From Actinomycetota bacterium (GTDB lineage: Bacteria; Actinomycetota; Thermoleophilia; Gaiellales; F1-60-MAGs149): a DNA stretch of 48,843 bases. Below the pieces are notes generated by a model that was given only the letters and a program-made list of their open reading frames with translations, was not told the DNA's origin and did no database searches. The stretch is from the NCBI GenBank assembly GCA_947478745.1, contig CANJXE010000001.1:1-48843 (forward strand). Direction: 5' to 3'. Each line of letters begins with the position of its first letter. Positions within the stretch are counted from its first letter, which is position 1. The translations under genes and the position numbers were made by a program. Below, piece after piece: positions 45,395-48,843 of the stretch.

Positions 45395-46366
45395 CTAGCC
45401 GGCGAGTGCGGCTGCCTCGGTCTTCATCGTCGCCGCCTGCTCCGGGGAGAGCGGGACGAAGAGCGCGTCCGCGGTCAGGGTCTGCTCGTTCGCGACGTAG
45501 AAGTCCACGAAGGCCTTGACCTCCGGGCGCGTCGCGGCCGTGTCGGAGACGTACATGAACAGCGGGCGCGAGAGCGGCGCGTACGTGCCGTCCTGCACCG
45601 TCGTGGTGTCCGGCTTGACGCAGCCGGAGCCGCCGTCGATCGCCACCAGGTTGAGCGCGTCCTTGTTCTGCTCGTAGTACGAGAGGCCGAAGTAGCCGAG
45701 GCCGCCCTTCTCGCCCTCAACGCCCTTGATCGTCACGTTGTCATCCTCGGACGGCGAGAAGTCGGTGCGGCTCGCACCCTCTTCGCCGTTGACCGCCTTG
45801 GTGAAGAAGTCGAACGTGCCCGAGTCGGTGCCCGGGCCGTAGAGCTTCAGCGCCTCGTCGGGGAAGGACGGATCGACGTCCTTCCAGCTGGTGGCCTTGG
45901 AGTCGGGACCCCAGATCGTGGCCAGCTGGTCCGTGGTGAGGCAGGAGGCCCAGGTGTTGTCCTTGTTGACGACGATCGCGATGCCGTCGTTGGCGACGAG
46001 CAGCTCCTTGAACGTGACCTTCTTCTCGTCGCAGATCGCCTTCTCCTCGTCCTTGATGGCGCGGGAGGCGTCGGAGACGTCGGTCTCGCCATTGCAGAAC
46101 TTCTCGAAGCCGCCGCCGGTGCCGGACGTGCCGACGGTGACGTTGACGTTCGGTGCCGTGGCGTGGAACTTCTCGGCGGTCAGGGTCGCGAGCGGCGCGA
46201 CCGTGCTCGAGCCGTCGATCACGATCGAGCCGGACAGGGACGTATCGGCGTTTGCGGCCGTCGAGGCGGAGGTCCCGCCGTCACGGCTGCTGCCGCCGCA
46301 CGCGGCGAGTGCAGCGCCAATGCCGCCGATGGCCATGATCGTGATCAGGGTCTTGCGCGTTGCCAC
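45395..46366 (-). CDS. pstS: Phosphate-binding lipoprotein PstS
   Basis: GTG at 46366 is preceded by GGAGGA. The lipobox is LAAC in MATRKTLITIMAIGGIGAALAACGG. PBP-type blocks are GSSTVAPL and TSGTGGGF. Confidence 0.9.
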   Translation of the reverse strand: MATRKTLITIMAIGGIGAALAACGGSSRDGGTSASTAANADTSLSGSIVIDGSSTVAPLATLTAEKFHATAPNVNVTVGTSGTGGGFEKFCNGETDVSDASRAIKDEEKAICDEKKVTFKELLVANDGIAIVVNKDNTWASCLTTDQLATIWGPDSKATSWKDVDPSFPDEALKLYGPGTDSGTFDFFTKAVNGEEGASRTDFSPSEDDNVTIKGVEGEKGGLGYFGLSYYEQNKDALNLVAIDGGSGCVKPDTTTVQDGTYAPLSRPLFMYVSDTAATRPEVKAFVDFYVANEQTLTADALFVPLSPEQAATMKTEAAALAG

Positions 46367-46429
46367 GTGGGAATTCCTCCGGTTCGTGCTGATGTCCTCT
46401 CCAGTGTGCGCGGCCACACGCAGCGTCGG

Positions 46430-46473
46430 GGTTCGGCATCGGTTCGATGGTGGTTACGAAGTGGTGACGCCGG
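46430..46473 (+). promoter_or_regulatory. Four direct repeats with exact 11-bp phasing (candidate PHO boxes) between pstS and ppk
   Basis: GGTTCGgcatc GGTTCGatggt GGTTACgaagt GGTGACgccgg. The hexamers start at 46430, 46441, 46452 and 46463. Confidence 0.45.
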
Positions 46474-46515
46474 GCTCGGGTGCGCGTTCGGAGTGCCGCC
46501 CCAGCGCGCCCACGT

Positions 46516-46537
46516 GGTTGCCATCTGGTGATCGTCC
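46516..46537 (+). promoter_or_regulatory. Second pair of 11-bp-phased repeats, proximal to ppk
   Basis: GGTTGCcatct GGTGATcgtcc, with hexamers at 46516 and 46527, about 50-70 nt upstream of the ppk GTG (46584). Confidence 0.3.
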
Positions 46538-46583
46538 GACTCCGGGGTGACGGGATGCTGACGCGCCCCGGTACCATGGTCGA

Positions 46584-48740
46584 GTGAGCGACGTGACGAC
46601 AGCAGCCCCCTCGGCCTCCGCGGACGCCGGCACGCGCCTGTTCAACCGCGAGCTGTCGTGGCTGGATTTCAACCACCGCGTGCTCGAGCTGGCCGGTGAC
46701 GCGTCGGTGCCGCTGCTCGAGCGGTTGCGCTTCTGCTCCATCTACGCCAACAACCTCGACGAGTTCTTCATGGTGCGCGTGGCCGGGCTGGTCGACCATG
46801 TCGTGCAGGGCACGATCCCCAGCGACGGCACCGCGCCGCAGGAGACGCTGGACGAGATCGCCGAGCGCTACCGCGCCATGCTGGTGCAGCTCGAGGATCT
46901 GCTCCACGACCAGCTGCTCCCGTCCCTGGCCCGCGAGGGCATCGAGGTCGTCGCCTTCGCGGACCTGCGCGAGGCGGAGCTCGCGGAGATCGCAATCGTC
47001 TTCGACGAGCAGCTGTATCCGGTCCTGACGCCGCTGGCCGTCGGCCCGGGGCAGCCCTTCCCCTACATCTCGAACCTCTCACTCTCGGTCGGCGTGACGG
47101 TCCGCGACGCATCCACCGGCGAGTCCCGCTTCGCGCGCGTCAAGGTCCCCGAGGTCCTGCCGCGCCTGATCCGCGTCGGCGAGACGGCGCGCTTCGTGCG
47201 CATCGACGAGGTCATCGCCCACGGCCTGCCGTCGCTGTTCCCCGGCATGGAGATCGTCGCCTCCAGCACCTTCCGCGTGACGCGCGATGCCGACTTCGAG
47301 ATCAAGGAGGGCGCCGGCGACCTGCTCGAGGCCGTCGAGCGCGAGCTGTCCCGCCGCCGCTTCGGCGACGTCGTGCGCCTGGAGATCGAGGAGTCGATGC
47401 CGGCGTCGATGCGGGCGATGCTGATCGAGGCGCTCGACGTCGATCTGCGCCAGGTCTTCGCGACCCGTCCCCCACTCGACCTCAGCGGCCTCAACGTCCT
47501 GACGCGCGTCGCCCGCCCGGACCTGCGCTTCTCGCCCTGGCAGCCGCAGGTCCCCGAGCGGCTGGTCACGAAGGACGGCGCACCGGTCGACATGTTCGCC
47601 GAGATCCGTCGCGGCGACATCCTCGTCCACCACCCGTACGAGTCCTTCACCGACTCGGTCGAGCGCTTCGTGGAGCAGGCGGTGGCGGATCCGGACGTCC
47701 TCGCGATCAAGCACACGATCTACCGCACCAGCGGTGACGCCCCGATCGTGCCGGCGCTCGCGATCGCCGCCGAGGCGGGCAAGCAGGCCGTCGCGCTGGT
47801 CGAGGTGACGGCGCGCTTCGACGAGGAGCGCAACATCCGCTGGGCGCGCGCGCTGGAGCGCGCCGGCGTCCACGTCGTGCACGGTCGCGTGGGACTCAAG
47901 ACGCACTGTAAGCTGGCGCTGGTCGTGCGACGCGAGGATGGGCGCACGCGTCGCTACGTGCACATCGGCACCGGCAACTACCACCCCTCCACCGCCCGCG
48001 CGTACACCGACTTCGGGCTCTTCACGTGCGACGAGCAGATCACCGCGGACGTCGCCGATCTCTTCAACCAGCTGACGGGCTTCGCCCGGCCGCAGGGGTT
48101 CCACCAGATCTGGGTCGCGCCGATGCACCTGCGCGGCCAGGCGATCGAGGAGATCCACCGCTGCGTGCGCGAGCACTCCGTCGAGGCACCCGCGCGCATC
48201 ACCATGAAGATGAACTCGCTCGTTGACGCGACCGTGATCGAGGAGCTCTACGCGGCCTCGCAGGCAGGCGTGCGCGTCGACCTGATCGTGCGTGGCATCT
48301 GCTGCCTGCGCCCTGGCGTGCCTGGGCTGTCGGACAACATCCGCGTGATCTCGCTCCTCGGCCGGTTCCTCGAGCACGCCCGGGTGTTCCGCTTCGAGAC
48401 GAGCGTCGAGACAACCGTGTACATCGGCAGCGCCGACATGATGCCGCGCAACCTCGACAACCGCATCGAGGTGATCACGCCCCTGCTCGACGGTGCCCTG
48501 CGCGACCGCGTCAGCGCCGCGCTCGCGCTGGAGCTCGCCGATACCGGCGGGTCGTGGGAGCTGGCGGCGGACGGTTCCTGGAACCGCCTGCAGCCGGCCG
48601 GCGGTTCTGCGCCGGTCTTCGCCCAGGAGGCGTTCATGCGCCGAGCGCAGGCCACGTCGATTCCCGGTGGTCAGCCGCGCCTGACGCAGCGCGAGGAGAC
48701 GGCGGATCGGATCCACCGCGGTCGCTCCTCTGACGACTAG
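46584..48740 (+). CDS. ppk: Polyphosphate kinase 1
   Basis: FNRELSWLDFNHRVLELA, LERLRFCSIYANNLDEFFMVRV, and the HKD-like LKTHCKLALVVR and GTGNYH. Confidence 0.95.
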   Translation: MSDVTTAAPSASADAGTRLFNRELSWLDFNHRVLELAGDASVPLLERLRFCSIYANNLDEFFMVRVAGLVDHVVQGTIPSDGTAPQETLDEIAERYRAMLVQLEDLLHDQLLPSLAREGIEVVAFADLREAELAEIAIVFDEQLYPVLTPLAVGPGQPFPYISNLSLSVGVTVRDASTGESRFARVKVPEVLPRLIRVGETARFVRIDEVIAHGLPSLFPGMEIVASSTFRVTRDADFEIKEGAGDLLEAVERELSRRRFGDVVRLEIEESMPASMRAMLIEALDVDLRQVFATRPPLDLSGLNVLTRVARPDLRFSPWQPQVPERLVTKDGAPVDMFAEIRRGDILVHHPYESFTDSVERFVEQAVADPDVLAIKHTIYRTSGDAPIVPALAIAAEAGKQAVALVEVTARFDEERNIRWARALERAGVHVVHGRVGLKTHCKLALVVRREDGRTRRYVHIGTGNYHPSTARAYTDFGLFTCDEQITADVADLFNQLTGFARPQGFHQIWVAPMHLRGQAIEEIHRCVREHSVEAPARITMKMNSLVDATVIEELYAASQAGVRVDLIVRGICCLRPGVPGLSDNIRVISLLGRFLEHARVFRFETSVETTVYIGSADMMPRNLDNRIEVITPLLDGALRDRVSAALALELADTGGSWELAADGSWNRLQPAGGSAPVFAQEAFMRRAQATSIPGGQPRLTQREETADRIHRGRSSDD

Positions 48741-48743
48741 GCG

Positions 48744-48843
48744 CTAGACGCGGCTGCGGACGAGCTCGCGGGCGATCGTCTGCGCATCGGCGATCGAGCC
48801 GCCGTAGCGTGCAGCACCCAGCTGCAGCGCCTCGGCGCTGCCG
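48744..48843 (-). CDS. 3' end of an unidentified convergent gene (partial)
   Basis: The reverse strand reads ...GSAEALQLGAARYGGSIADAQTIARELVRSRV then TAG (complement of 48744-48746), with high GC3. It is too short to assign. Confidence 0.3.
   Translation of the reverse strand, partial: GSAEALQLGAARYGGSIADAQTIARELVRSRV

Overview
This is a very GC-rich chromosomal segment (roughly 70% by eye, not computed) with strong GC3 bias. As a result, nearly every real gene is shadowed by long spurious ORFs in other frames. Gene content and order suggest a deep-branching actinobacterium such as Thermoleophilia or Rubrobacteria; this is an inference from RNase Y occurring with actinobacterial-type gene order, Cheo-type LexA boxes and likely leaderless or tightly coupled genes. 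The window is mostly core housekeeping. Left to right: rsmE, yqeY, phoH-ybeY, a degenerate kinase-like membrane protein, an AlkA-like glycosylase and tRNA-Arg(CCG). Next come an enolase-type epimerase plus DUF1611 pair, a small LysM protein under two perfect LexA boxes, an RpoD-like sigma factor, a VanW protein and an LpdA-type flavoprotein. A Phd/VapC toxin-antitoxin pair follows, then a secreted alpha-carbonic anhydrase, a TatA-like protein and an orphan enolase-superfamily gene. The aa3-type oxidase cluster is ctaC-ctaD-ctaE, three unknown genes, then ctaB. It is followed by MFS-murT-gatD. A long minus-strand block runs nudix-dut-hflX-aminotransferase-dapF-dapE-dapD-miaA-miaB-rny-recX-recA-cinA-rodZ-like. 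The window ends with a phosphate locus: response regulator, histidine kinase, response regulator, tRNA-His, phoU-pstBACS and a divergent ppk. I found no transposase, integrase, CRISPR array or recognisable defence or biosynthetic island. The most interesting signals are regulatory or architectural. They are the SOS-boxed leaderless LysM gene (candidate YneA/ChiZ-type division inhibitor), 11-bp-phased PHO-box-like repeats shared by two intergenic regions, a pseudokinase-like membrane protein, extra genes and an N-terminal extension in the oxidase cluster, and short repeat/hairpin families beside both tRNAs. All functional calls come from motif recognition by eye, with no searches run.
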